A DNA stretch of 64,000 nt, taken from positions 3,328,001 through 3,392,000 of the forward strand of contig CM000153.2 of NCBI GenBank assembly GCA_000004695.1, in the 5' to 3' direction. The translations under genes and the position numbers were made by a program. Source of the DNA: Dictyostelium discoideum (Eukaryota). Below the pieces are notes generated by a model. It searched no databases and was not told the origin of the DNA. It saw only the letters and a list, made by a program, of their open reading frames with translations. Positions 1 to 11,979 of this stretch are shown one piece after another (within the stretch, counting starts at the first letter, position 1; each line of letters opens with the position of its first letter).

Positions 1-942
1 TAATTTTATAATTTTAATTGAATTATCTTTTTGAGAATAATGAGAACTGATATCACTATAAAGTTTTTCATTATCCATAACAATGATTAAGTTTGCTTTA
101 AAGACATCAATATTTTGTAAGAGTATTTTATAACCTAAACCATCTATCCAACCACAAGTATTTGCAATGAAACCAGAGATTCTTGAAATGTTTGAACTGT
201 CTAATTGTTTATCGATAAATGATGCTAAATTTTTACAAAGTGCTTTAAAGAGATCAGGATTCACATCCAATGAAGTGTGACCATAGAAATGAGCCAATGG
301 AATCCCACCAGCTAACCCCTCCTCGATATCCAATGGATTTTGAATATGTGCTGCTGAAATTGTGCCTGGTATGGTGATTGAACCTTGACCAGGGTCTAAA
401 TCAACAAATAATGGTTGATAGCCTGATCGGGCACTGTAGGCTAAAAGTATCTTTGAGAGTGACGATTTCCCACTATCGGTAGGACCGACAATTATAACAC
501 GTGGACCACTCTTTTTTGGTTCGTCCAATATGCTAACTCTAAATGCATCCAATTCTTGATATACTCCTGCGTATTGTGGCATTGGAGTTTTCTCCCCAAT
601 ATAAGGTTGACAATTATTAGTTATCTCTATCTTGCAACCTGTCCATGTAAAAACTGCACCCTTTGTACCTGACAATTTATAAACTTTATTTAATGATAAT
701 TCCGTACCAAAACATTCTGCTGTACCTTCAATTAATTTCATCCAACCATTTTGGTCAAAATCAATCTCATATCTTAATTCTTGTGTAATCTCTAATGTTC
801 TAATTGTACTTTGATTTATAGAATTTTGTTGTTGTTGTTGTTGTTGTTGCGATGGTTTTAAAGGAAATTGAATATCTGAACCACCACCACCACCATTCAT
901 ACTTGAAAAATTATTAATATTTACACTATTATCATTTGACAT
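1..942 (-). CDS. clp1: Clp1 (polyribonucleotide 5'-hydroxyl-kinase / mRNA cleavage factor II subunit); N-terminal ~314 aa, 3' part lies beyond window start
   Basis: Reverse-strand ORF open from position 1 to the ATG at 940-942. Translation MSNDNSVNINN...IVGPTDSGKSSLSKILLAYSARSGYQPLFVDLDPGQG contains the Clp1 P-loop (GPTDSGKS) and the conserved central region. Not in the ORF track because it is truncated by the window edge. Confidence 0.8.
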   Translation of the reverse strand, partial: MSNDNSVNINNFSSMNGGGGGSDIQFPLKPSQQQQQQQQNSINQSTIRTLEITQELRYEIDFDQNGWMKLIEGTAECFGTELSLNKVYKLSGTKGAVFTWTGCKIEITNNCQPYIGEKTPMPQYAGVYQELDAFRVSILDEPKKSGPRVIIVGPTDSGKSSLSKILLAYSARSGYQPLFVDLDPGQGSITIPGTISAAHIQNPLDIEEGLAGGIPLAHFYGHTSLDVNPDLFKALCKNLASFIDKQLDSSNISRISGFIANTCGWIDGLGYKILLQNIDVFKANLIIVMDNEKLYSDISSHYSQKDNSIKIIKL

Positions 943-1350
943 ATTAGTTTTTATTGCTTTTTTTTTTGCTTAAATCTATTATCTGTTATTTTATCTATTA
1001 TATTATCTATTAAATCCTATAGAAATAAAAAATTATAATTCCCTAAATGATGGAAGTGAGTGTGTTTGTATTATGTAAAAAATTTTAAAAATGAAATTTT
1101 TTTTTTTTTTTTTTTTTTTGACTTAATTTTTTAAAAAAAAATAAAAAAAAATAAAAAAAAATAAAAAATTAAAAATACTTTATTTATTTTTTTTATTTAA
1201 TTTATTATTATTATTATTGGTAATTACTTAAGAAAACTAATTCGTATTAATTGTTTTTAATTTTATTTTTATATCTAATTTAATATTTATTTTTTTTTTT
1301 TTTTATAAAAGCTCAGGTTTTTTAAAATTTTGGAAAATGAACAATCAAAC

Positions 1351-1381
<31 letters not shown>

Positions 1382-1708
1382 AGAGAATAAAAATTTTATA
1401 CCTACATATGTCGATATTATGATTCACATTTTTAACAAAAAAAAAAAAAAAATAAATTCAATTTCAAAATTTACTGTGCCCAGCTATCTGGCCGAAATAT
1501 CAAAAATTATTTTTTTTTTTTTTATTTTTTTTTTTATTTTTTTTTAATTTTTTTTTCTTTTTTTTTTTAAAAATTTTATGTGTTTTTTTTTTTTTTTTTT
1601 CTTTTTAAAAATTAAAACAAAAACAAAAACAAAAACGATAACAAATATAAAATTTTCAATCACAAACTAATCATACAATACATACTTTAAATAAAATATA
1701 GCATAAAA

Positions 1709-1817
1709 ATGTTTGGTCGTTTTATTAGACAATATTCTACATCAAAAAATATAATCAATGTAAATATATATATATGAACTTCAAAAAAAGTTATATTAAT
1801 TTAATTTTATTTGTTTT

Positions 1818-1849
<32 letters not shown>

Positions 1850-2998
1850 TTTTCTTTTTTATTTAATGTATATTTATTAATAATAAATAAAATAAAAAAT
1901 ATATATATATAGGTTAATGAATTAATTGTTGAAAAAACTAAAACACCATTTCAAAAATATACAGATAAAACTAAATTAGTATTTGGTAAACAATTTTCAG
2001 ATCATATGATTGAAGTACAATGGACAAAAGAGGAAGGTTGGGGAGTACCAAAGATTTCAGGATATCATAATTTATCAATTCCACCATCAGCATCAGTATT
2101 ACATTATGCATTGGAATGTTTTGAAGGTATGAAAGCCTATAAAGATAGTAATGGAAAGATTCGTTTATTTAGACCAGATCAAAATATGAATCGTTTCTTA
2201 AACTCTGCAAAGAGAATTTGTTTACCAGAGTTCAATAAGGAGGCAGTTATTGAGTTGATTAAAAAGTTATGTGTTTTGGATAAGGATTGGATTCCAGAGG
2301 GTAAGGGCTACTCTTTGTATTTACGTCCAACTTTAATTGCCACTCAAAATAGTTTAGGTGTTGGTGCATCCAATTCCGCCTTGATGTTTGTCATTGCCTC
2401 ACCAGTTGGTCCATACTATCCAGAGGGTTTCAAACCAGTGAAATTGATCGCCGACGATCAATATGTCAGAGCATGGGCTGGCGGTTCCGGTGCTTTCAAA
2501 TTGGGTTCAAATTACGCTCCAACCATTTTCCCACAATTGGAGGCTGCAAAGAAGGGTTTCTCTCAAGTACTTTGGTTATTAAATGACTATGTCACTGAAG
2601 TCGGTACTATGAATATGTTTGTCTTTTGGAATAACGCTCAAGGTGAGAAAGAATTGATCACTCCACCACTCGGTGATGGTACCATCCTTCCAGGTGTCAC
2701 TCGTGATAGTATCCTTAAATTAACTCAACAATGGGGTGAATTCAAAATCACTGAAAAGAATTTCACAATGACTGAATTAGCAAAAGCCATCAAAGAAGGT
2801 AGAGTATTTGAAGCTTTCGGTGCTGGTACTGCCGCCATCGTCTCTCCAATTGAATCAATCTCTTACAAAGGTGAAAATTATAGTATCCCAATTGATGCTT
2901 CTTTAAATTGTGGTCCATTAACAAAGAGAATTAGTGATTCAATCATGGCAATTCAATATGGTGAAACCAATTCTGATTGGTCTGTCATTGTTGATTAA
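1709..2998 (+). CDS. branched-chain amino acid aminotransferase (class IV, mitochondrial type); join(1709..1759,1913..2998)
   Basis: ORF 2006..2998 matches BCAT along its length (LVFGKQFSDHMIEV, ECFEGMKAY, LYLRPTLI, EVGTMNMFV, PPLGDGTILPGVTRDS, FGAGTAAIVSPI). The frame stays open upstream to an acceptor atatatatag|GTT at 1913. A 17-codon exon 1 (MFGRFIRQYSTSKNIIN, targeting-peptide-like) ends at a GTAAAT donor at 1760, and the two exons join in phase 0. Confidence 0.8.
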
Positions 2999-3062
2999 AA
3001 TTTTTTTTTTTTTTTTCTTTTTTTACTTTTCTAATAATAAAATAAAAAAAATAAAATTAAAA

Positions 3063-3093
<31 letters not shown>

Positions 3094-3169
3094 TAATAAT
3101 AAAAAATCCATGTATTTAAATTATTAATATAATATTTTATTTACAATTTTTATTTATTTATTTATTTAC

Positions 3170-4852
3170 TTAATTAATTACTGAAATATTTGTTAATGAT
3201 GTTGATTTTTTAATTATTGCTATTTTCTTTTTAACATTTTTTCTAATTAATGGATTTGGATTTTTATATTTTTTCCAAATAATTAATGAAGCAATAAATG
3301 TTGAAAATAGAACAATTGAATTAACTAAATAAGCGGCACCAGGGAAATAAATGGTATTGCCAGATGTAAATTCTCTATAGATATTTGATGCTGCTAAAGA
3401 TCCTAGGAAACCAGCTAAGGAACCGATGGCACGTGATCCAGTTAGAATTGAACCTTTAATTTCGGGTGGGGTTGCTCTTGAGATTACACTTTGAAGTAGG
3501 TATAGTATATTTGGTACAAATGCTGCTACGATACCACTACCAATCCATATCCATTGATTATATGCAAATCCATAAGAGACATGAGTTAATGCACCAACTA
3601 GAAATCCAACTGATATTAGTTTCCTTTCAGAGTAACGTTTCAAAAGTATTGGTATTAAAATTAAACTCCAAATTATCATTAAAATACCAACACCACCCAT
3701 GTAGAAACTGTTATAAGTGCCATCCCAATTATAAACCAATTCATTGTGATAGTAGTAGGTTGTGAATACGTCTTGTTCAGTATACGAGATTGAAGTGTAT
3801 AGAATAATGACGAATGCGACATACCCATTGGCACTGAAAATCAGTTTAATTAATTTGAAAGGATTTGACGAGGATTTAGTTTGACGGATTTTATGATTCT
3901 CTTTGGCAATTGTTAAACTCTCTTTTAGGAATGGAATTATGAATAGAGAACATGCAACCAAACCACATCCAATATAAAGTGATGACATTGAAAGATGGTC
4001 AAGTTGTTGTTGTGGAGTTTCATGAAATGTTGAAGCCACTGATATAACCGGACCAAGGACCACGCCCAAGCCCAACGAAACCCCTATCAATGAGTAGAGG
4101 TAGGGTACGGCATGTTCTTCGGAAATATCGGCAATGTAGGAGTACACCGCTGCCAATGCCACATTATAAGTGCCCGCAATACTATGCACAACATAATAAT
4201 AATAAAGATTATTGGTCCTAATGGTGACATAACAAGACACCATATCCAGTATAACCATAATAGTTCCATAGTAAAACATTAATTTTCTACCAAATTTATC
4301 GGACAAAACTCCACCCAACGCGCCGAAACAAAACATGGAAATGTATGGTATGGAATCTGAAAATGATTTATAATAGGTGGCTTTGGTTTGGATGTCTTTC
4401 TCATCTGGAAAATTGATTCTAACATAATTTAAAAATACATTTGGAATGAATAGAGAGTATATTAAACTACCCATAATCATAAATGTAAACATTAATAAAA
4501 CCAGTACTAAATCTTTCTTATATTTATGTTCCAAGAATGGAGCAATCGCTGATTTCTTTGGACCATTTCCAATTGGTAATTGATGTTCTTGTGCTCCATC
4601 AATATCATCTTCATTGATTTTTCCAAAATCTTGAACACTTTGACTAACATTAATTTTTGATGATACCAATAATGGACTAATATCTTTATCGTCAATATTG
4701 GCTAAATCTTCCAATAATCCAATTAAACTCTCTTTTCCAACTGATGATTCACTATCACTATATTCATTTACACTATAATCATGTGAACTTGGATTTGAAT
4801 AACTACCATTACCTTCATTAATTATTGAAGGATTATTATTTTCATATTCCAT
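3170..4852 (-). CDS. major facilitator superfamily (MFS) transporter, 560 aa
   Basis: Single 560-aa ORF with about 12 predicted hydrophobic helices. It carries the MFS signature G-x-L-x-D-x-x-G-R-K (GGVLSDKFGRKLMFYYG) and an acidic, Ser-rich N-terminus. Confidence 0.75.
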   Translation of the reverse strand: MEYENNNPSIINEGNGSYSNPSSHDYSVNEYSDSESSVGKESLIGLLEDLANIDDKDISPLLVSSKINVSQSVQDFGKINEDDIDGAQEHQLPIGNGPKKSAIAPFLEHKYKKDLVLVLLMFTFMIMGSLIYSLFIPNVFLNYVRINFPDEKDIQTKATYYKSFSDSIPYISMFCFGALGGVLSDKFGRKLMFYYGTIMVILDMVSCYVTIRTNNLYYYYVVHSIAGTYNVALAAVYSYIADISEEHAVPYLYSLIGVSLGLGVVLGPVISVASTFHETPQQQLDHLSMSSLYIGCGLVACSLFIIPFLKESLTIAKENHKIRQTKSSSNPFKLIKLIFSANGYVAFVIILYTSISYTEQDVFTTYYYHNELVYNWDGTYNSFYMGGVGILMIIWSLILIPILLKRYSERKLISVGFLVGALTHVSYGFAYNQWIWIGSGIVAAFVPNILYLLQSVISRATPPEIKGSILTGSRAIGSLAGFLGSLAASNIYREFTSGNTIYFPGAAYLVNSIVLFSTFIASLIIWKKYKNPNPLIRKNVKKKIAIIKKSTSLTNISVIN

Positions 4853-5229
4853 AAATTAATTTTACAAATTTTTTTTTCAAGTCAAGATTTTTTTTTTTTT
4901 TTGGATTTTTTTTTTTATTTTTTTATTTTTTTATTTTTTTATTATTATATTTATATTAAAAATAGATTTATTTATGAAAACATGTTATGAAAATAAATAA
5001 ATAAAAAAAATAATAAAAGTATTTAAAAAAAAAAAAATAATAATAATATTGATAAAAATGAAGGTGGTATTACAGATGGAACTTGTATGTGAAAATAAAA
5101 AAAAAAAAATAAAAAAATAAAAAAAATGAAAATATGAAAAAAAATTAAAATAAAAATTTAACACTGGTAAAATTTTTATTTTTTTTTGACACTGTCAGTG
5201 TGTCAGTTATTTTGACTTTTGGTTTTATT

Positions 5230-5262
<33 letters not shown>

Positions 5263-5746
5263 CAAATGGTTTTGTTGATGCTTTCATGTCGATGATTTTA
5301 AAATATCTGGATTCACTTCTATTATTATAATAATAGTTTTATTTTTATATTTCCAAGATTTTTCATTTTAAATTTTTTTTTTTTATTTTTTTTTTTATTT
5401 CAGCAAAAGCGACTGATTGCTAAAAAAAATAATTTTCGAATGAAATTTATTTGTTCAAGTTGAATTATTGATTGAAAATTCTAATTATAATAAATGGATC
5501 CTAAGCATTGTACAATTATGAAAAAAATAAAAAAAATAAAAAAATCAAATAAATGAAAAAATAAAAACAAAGAATTATTTTTAGAATTTTTTTATTTTTT
5601 TTTTTTTTATTTTACAAATATGCAAGTATTTTTATTTCTTTTTTTTTGGCGTTATTTTAATTTCAAAATCGGTTATCTCGATCATTTCATTAACTGACAC
5701 TATAAACTTTAAATTTTACAACATCTAAAAAAATTATAATTTAATC

Positions 5747-5950
5747 ATGATTTTATTTTTTATTTTATTTTTTTGGTTTTTGGTTTTGGTTTTGATTTTG
5801 GTTTTGATTTTGGTTTTGGTTTTGGTTTTGATTTTGGTTTTGGTTTTGGTTTTGATTTTGATTTTGGTTTTTGATTTTGGTTTTGGTTTTAGTTTTAGTT
5901 TTGGTTTTAGTTTTGGTTTTGGTTTTGGTTTTGGTTTTGGTTTTGGTTTT
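5747..5950. repeat. hexanucleotide microsatellite (GGTTTT/GATTTT)n, ~200 bp
   Basis: Direct reading shows ttttggttttggttttgattttggttttg repeated about 33 times. The ORF-track entries 5734..6024 (KPKPKP) and 5747..6070 (GFGFGF) are translations of this repeat. Confidence 0.9.
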
Positions 5951-6164
5951 GGTTTTGGTTTTTTTCTTTTTTTTTTTTTTTTGTTCAGTTGGTTAGTTGT
6001 GATGATCACAAAAATAAACAACAACGTTATTTTTTTTTTTTTTTTAATGGGTTTTGTTGTTTGGAAATGATAAATAAATTTGTTTTTAAAGTAAATTGGT
6101 ACAATATATTATTGGTTATTAAATTAACTCCATTACATATAGATAAAATACTAAATATTCAATA

Positions 6165-6326
6165 TTAATTCCACTGTATTGGAAAACCTGTAACTACAGG
6201 CTTGTCATCCATTACATTTCTTTGTATCTTTGATAAATCTGGTGTCTCTGGTGGATTCTAAAAAATAAAAAAAATAAAAAAATAAAAAAAATAAAAAATT
6301 GAAAATGTTAGTTGTTTCTTTAATTT

Positions 6327-6361
<35 letters not shown>

Positions 6362-7058
6362 CTTTGGTTTTTTTTTTAGTTCAATTTTTAAAGTAAAAAA
6401 AAAGAAAAGAAAAAAAAAAAAAATTATATAGGTGTTGGTTAATTGATAATTATTAAACTCTAAAATAACATACATCTTTAAGTTCTTGTTCAAAATAGTC
6501 ATTATTTACATAATAACCAACCCTAATGAAATCTTCACCTTTATATGCACAAATTAAAAAAACAACAGTAACACCTAATAAATCATCCTTTGGAATTTTA
6601 TTTGCATCTGGTGGATCAACTTCAAAAACAAATTGATTTTGACCAACTGCGACTGGTCCTAATAAAATACTATCTAATACTTGATCATTCTTTTCATTAT
6701 CTGCTGATCCTACATATATTACCTTCCATTCTAAATCTAATGTTTTGTTATTTATATAATATATAAATATTTGATAAAATATTAATATATTGTTAGTATA
6801 TTGATTTGGTTATTGATAATGTTTTTTTTTTTTTATCCATACAAATAAAAAAGAAAAATAAAAAAAAAAAAAGAAGTTATATACACATATATTGAAAATT
6901 AAAAAAAGAAAAAGAAAAAATAAAAAAAAAAAAGAAATTATAAACTTACCTTCTTTTATTGGACTAACGCATTCAAACGATATATCAAATATAAATGGAC
7001 TATTAAATGACGAGGGATTATTATGAATTAATACTTGTGTTAACCTGATGTGACTCAT
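6165..7058 (-). CDS. asf1: histone chaperone ASF1 (anti-silencing function 1); join(complement: 6950..7058, 6474..6736, 6165..6257)
   Basis: Exon 1 encodes MSHIRLTQVLIHNNPSSFNSPFIFDISFECVSPIKE and ends at a GTAAGT donor. Exon 2 encodes DLEWKVIYVGSADNEKNDQVLDSILLGPVAVGQNQFVFEVDPPDANKIPKDDLLGVTVVFLICAYKGEDFIRVGYYVNNDYFEQELKD and ends at a GTATGT donor. Exon 3 encodes NPPETPDLSKIQRNVMDDKPVVTGFPIQWN*. The three parts align collinearly with the ASF1 core (LEWKLTYVGS...EFVRVGYYVNNEY...ENPP...IVRNILAEKPRVTRF). Splice phases are consistent (1, 0). Confidence 0.8.
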
Positions 7059-7176
7059 ATTGTTGTGTTTATATTATATTTTATTATTTTTTTATATTAT
7101 GTGTGTTTGGTGGGCGGGTAAATAAATGAAATGAAAAAAAAAAAAAAAAAAATTTAAAAAATTTAAATTTGGTGGG

Positions 7177-7209
<33 letters not shown>

Positions 7210-7963
7210 GCGCCAAATAGAGTTTAACAATAACTTTTTTTTTTTTTTTTTTTAAAAAAAATATTATTTTTATAATTGGATATTTAATAATAATATCTAT
7301 AGTTTTTTAAATTCTATATTCACTAAATATTTAAAAAAGGAATAATAAAATAATAACAAAAAAAAAAAAAAAAAAAATCCAAAACATTTTTTTTTTTTTT
7401 TTTTTTTATTTTTTTCATCATTTTTCATTTTATTTTTTTTCTTAGAAAAAAAAATTATTTCTTATAACTGTTTCAAATAAAACTAAATCAATTTTTTTAT
7501 TTTTTTATTTTATTTATTTTTTATTTATTCACTCATTTATTTATTATTTATATATTTATTTTTATGATTAAATCGGACTTAAATTTTATTTATCAAACCA
7601 CTATTAAATATAGATAATAAAAAAAATAATAATAAAAAATAAAAAGGATAATCTTTTTTTTTTTGTTTTTTTAGTAAACAAATATGTTTTTTTTTATTTA
7701 TTTTGTTTATTTGGAGATTAGTTTGGAATAAACAGTTATTAGTAGAAAAAAAAAAAATAAAAATAAAAATAAAAAAAATAAAAAAAAAAAAAAAATAAAA
7801 AATAAAATAAAATAAAAAAAAAAAAAAAAAATAAAAAAAACGAAAGAGCCAATTTTTTTTTTTTTTTTTTTTTCTTTTCTTTTCTCTACTTCCTTTTTTT
7901 TTTTTTTTTTTTAAATATTTGAAAAAAAGAGAGAAAAATTGAATTAAATAAATAAATAAAAAA

Positions 7964-9568
7964 ATGGCACCACCAAATAAATCATCAAATAGAAATAAAA
8001 GTAATAATAATAATAATAAAAATAAAGTTAAAAGTAAAAAAAGTAAAAGATCAATAGATGAAACACCAGAAGCATTAGATTTAGATCAAGCAGCAATTAG
8101 TAAATCAATTGTATATAAAAGAGGTGATTGTAATAAAGGTATAAAGAAATTAGTTAAAGAGTTTAGACAGGTAATGGAGCCATATACAGCAACTAAACTC
8201 CAAGAGACATCAGACAATACCACCAAAGATTTTGTAAACATTGCAGCACATTACGGTGTTTCACATTTGGTTGGTTTCAGTTCAACCGATATCGGTAGTT
8301 ATATGGCAATGGCAAGATTACCAAAAGGTCCAACTACAACCTTCAAAATCCAAGAATACTCTTTCCAAAGAGATGTCGCAAAGGCTAAAATTCGTCCAAC
8401 TAGTTTTGAAAAATCTTATCTCAATTCACCTTTAGTAGTTTTAAATGGTTTCACTAGAGGTACACCACATTTAGAAATGGTTCAAAATATGGTTCAAAGT
8501 TTATTCCCATCAATTAATGTTTATACTGTATGTTTTTTTTTAAAAAAAAAAAAAAAAATTTAAAAATTAAAAATTTTATTAACTTTTTTTTTTTTTTTTT
8601 AATTATATAGTTGAAATTATCAACATGCAAAAGAGTTGTTTTATTCAATTATAATAAAGAAACTGATAATGTTGAATTTAGACATTATGCTATCAAGTAA
8701 GTCTTCTTTATAATAATAGTTAATAATTATTATAATATTAATATAAAATTTTTTATTTTTTATTTTTTTTTTTATTTATTTTTTAGAGTTTCAAATGTTG
8801 GAGTTAATCGTAGTATTAAAAGAATTATTCAATCAAAGATACCAGATATTTCAAATTTAGGAGATATTAGTGATTATGTTATGAATGGATTGGGTGCAAC
8901 AGAGAGTGATTATGAAGATGCAAATGATGGTCAAGTTGAGTTGAGTTCAAAGATGATCAATTCAAAAGCAAAGAATATAAAATTGGAACGTAAGGGATTG
9001 GATATTAATACCACTCAAAAGAGAGCAATCAAACTGGAAGAAATCGGACCACGTATGAATCTTTCTTTGTTAAAGGTTGAAGATGATCTTTACAAGGGTG
9101 AAGTACTCTACCATCAATACATTAAAAAGAGTGATATCGAGAAAGAAGAAGCTAAACTTCGTAGAGATGAAGCTAAAATCGAAAAAGAACGTAGAAGAAA
9201 AGATCAAGAAGCAAATGTCGATAAGAAAATAAAAGAAAAAGAAAGAAAAAGAAAATATTTAGATCAAGGTAATGAAGATAAACATTCTGATGATGATGAT
9301 GAAGAATGGTATAGAAAAGAAGTTGGTGAAAATCCTGATGAAAGTAAGTTTTTAAAAATAATAGATATTCATTAAAAAAAAAAAAGAAAAAAAATTTAAA
9401 AATAGAAATATTCTATTTTTATTTTATTTTAAAAAATTTTTTTTTTTTTTTTTTTTTATTACACATTACTAATTTTTACTATTTTTTTTTATAGCATTTA
9501 AAAATAATAGAAAATCTAGATCTACAGGTGGAGGACGTCCAAACAAAAAATTCAAATCAAAGAAATAA
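7964..9568 (+). CDS. Brix-domain ribosome biogenesis protein, Peter Pan/SSF1 homolog; join(7964..8527,8611..8696,8787..9343,9495..9568)
   Basis: Exon 1 contains [21 protein letters not shown] and LFPSINVYT, matching PPAN (RLPGGPTLTFQVKKYSLVRDV, LFPSINVH). A GTATGT donor at 8528 leads to exon 2 ([29 protein letters not shown], matching NLNTIKRCLLIDYNPDSQELDFRHYSIK). Exon 3 contains [19 protein letters not shown] (PPAN has LTEIGPRMTLQLIKVQEG) plus a K/E/R-rich tail. The terminal exon encodes [24 protein letters not shown]. All junctions are GT-AG and the phases are consistent. Confidence 0.8.
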
Positions 9569-10610
9569 ATAAATAAAAAAAAAAATATAAAAAAAAAATA
9601 AAAAAATAAAAAAATAAAAAGTAAAAATATAAAAAAATATTATTTGTAAATCTTGTCTTTTTTTATTATTATTATTATTTTTTTATATTGGTTAAAATAA
9701 AATTTTTAATTTTTTTGAATTTACTTGGTTTTTCAATTTTGTTTGCACAAGTAAAATATTTTTATTATTGTTTTAATTTTTTTTATTTTTTGTTGATATA
9801 TGATGAATATTATCTTCATAACTAGCGGTGTTAAAATGTTCAAATAACAATACCAACATATACATTTTCAAAAATAAAAAAAATTATAAATTTCAAAGGT
9901 AGTTACACCAAATATAAATAATAATAAAAATAATTTATTTACATAAACACACTAAAATTAGTGTTAAAATCAATAAAAAAAACAATAATAATGATAATAA
10001 TAATAAATTTCATACAAAATTTTGGTATTGTTATTTTCAATTAATGCAATAAAATATTTATTTTTATTTTTTTTTTTTTTATTTTTTTTTTTTTTTTGGG
10101 ATCAATAATAAAAAATAATCCTCAACAACCCCCATTTGCACAAAAACAGTCTTATTTTGGATTTTTTTTTTTTTTATTTTTTAATTTATTTATTTTCTAT
10201 TTTCTTTTTATTTTTATTTTTTTTTTTATTTTTTATTTTTTTTTATTTTTTTTATTTTTTATTTTTTTTTTTTTACTATATTAAAAAATTCAAATAAAAA
10301 AAAATCAAAAATAAAAATCTTTTTTTTTTTTCATTTTTTAATAATAAAATAAAATAGATTTTTTTCCACACTGTTGATTAATCACTTATTTTATATAAAA
10401 ATAAAAAAATAATAATATTTACTATTATTACTAATTGTATTGTTAAAGTGTTTTTTTTTTTATTATTATTAAAATAAATTTTCTTTTTTTTTTTTGTTCT
10501 GTTTTGTTTTTTTTACATATACAATAACTATAAAAAAAAATTTTTTTTTTTTTTTTTTTTTACTAAATTGGTAATTTTAGAAAGTATTAATAATTAATTT
10601 TTTATTTTTT

Positions 10611-10647
<37 letters not shown>

Positions 10648-10967
10648 GGTATAATTTTCACACCCACACAAAAATTATTATTTTAAATTAAAAAGAAAAA
10701 AAAAAAAAATTAAAATTAAAAAACGAAATTCTTATTGTGTTTTATCTTTAATTGTGTTAATATTCATAGATAAATAATAATTTTAAAACAATAAATAATT
10801 ATATAAATAATATCTATTAAAAATAAAAATAAAAATAAAAATAAAAATAAAAATAAAAATAAAAACAATTAAAAAAAAAAAAAAAAACAAAAAAAAAAAA
10901 TAAATAAATAAATAAATAAATTAATAAATAAATAAATAAATAAATAAAAAAATAAATAATATAAGAA

Positions 10968-11690
10968 ATGACACTTTCAATTGCCAAACCGTTTGTTTCA
11001 ATTTTTAAAAAAGGAAAATCTAAAAAGAGTGAACATGATGATATCAATGGAAATTCTCACCACCATCATGATAGTAATTATATAAAATCGAAACACCACG
11101 GTGACATTGAACAAAATTCAAATTATTTAACTGTAAATCACAAACAAAAATCATATACTGATAATGATAAAATTGAAGAGACATATACTGTATTGGTAAG
11201 TTAATAAATTTAAGTATTTAAATTTTTAAAAATAGTTGCTAATTCTAAAATAATTTTTCATTTTTATATTTTTTTTATTTTATTTTAAAAGTATCAAGTT
11301 TATGATGAAAATTCATGTAGAGGTGCCAGTCCACAATTAAAATATGAAGAAAGAGTTTTAAAGATAAATGAAGAGGGTGTATTTTTATTTGAACAAGAAA
11401 AGTTGGTTTGCCATTGGGGATTCTCATTAATTAAAGAATTTTCATTGGATGAAAATTGGACTGACTGGATAGTAATATTAAGAGATTCAACAAAACATTA
11501 TTTTAAATCTTATGAAGTAAGTAATTTATTATTATTATTTTTATTTTTTAAAATTTAAAAAAACTATTAACATATCTTATTAATAATTTAAATTATTATT
11601 TTATAGAGTATTCAAATCCATTTAAAGATAAATGATATAATAAGGAAATTAGTTAGTCAAATTCCATCTTCATCTTCTTCATCTTTCTAA
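10968..11690 (+). CDS. hypothetical protein (~178 aa); join(10968..11195,11292..11516,11607..11690)
   Basis: ORF 10968..11204 ends at a GTAAGT donor. The next open segment, YQVYDENSCRGASPQLKYEERVLKINEEGVFLFEQEKLVCHWGFSLIKEF...KHYFKSYE, ends at another GTAAGT. A terminal exon follows: SIQIHLKINDIIRKLVSQIPSSSSSSF*. I recognise no family; the N-terminus is His/Asn-rich. Confidence 0.5.
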
Positions 11691-11979
11691 GAAAATAAGA
11701 AAGAAAAAAAAAAAAAAAAAAAAAAAAATTATTATGGACCTTTTTTTTTTTTTTTTTTTTTTTTTATATTTTGTAAATAGTAAATAGTATTTGTTTTTTT
11801 TTTTTTTCTTATAAGTTTTATTTTTGTTTTTTTATTTTATTTTTAGTATAAGGTCATTTGTAAATAGTAGTAAATCAAAAAATTAAATTAGACATTAATA
11901 AAGATTAGAATTTATTTTTAAATCATAGTTTTATTAGTTTTTTTTTATTTTAAAATTATTATTATTATCAGTTTAAAAT

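Noticed and set aside
2934-3119. 61-aa ORF downstream of BCAT (poly-F / poly-N)
   Set aside because: Translation of T-run and (AAT)n low-complexity 3' flank; it overlaps the BCAT stop region and has no coding signal.
3466-4695. Small ORFs 3466..3765(+), 4087..4269(-), 4507..4695(-) inside or antisense to the MFS transporter
   Set aside because: They are nested in a longer, motif-supported ORF. They are short with odd composition, so they are antisense or alternate-frame artefacts.
5734-6070. ORFs encoding KPKPKP... (minus) and GFGFGF... (plus)
   Set aside because: Both are read-throughs of the (GGTTTT)n microsatellite on opposite strands.
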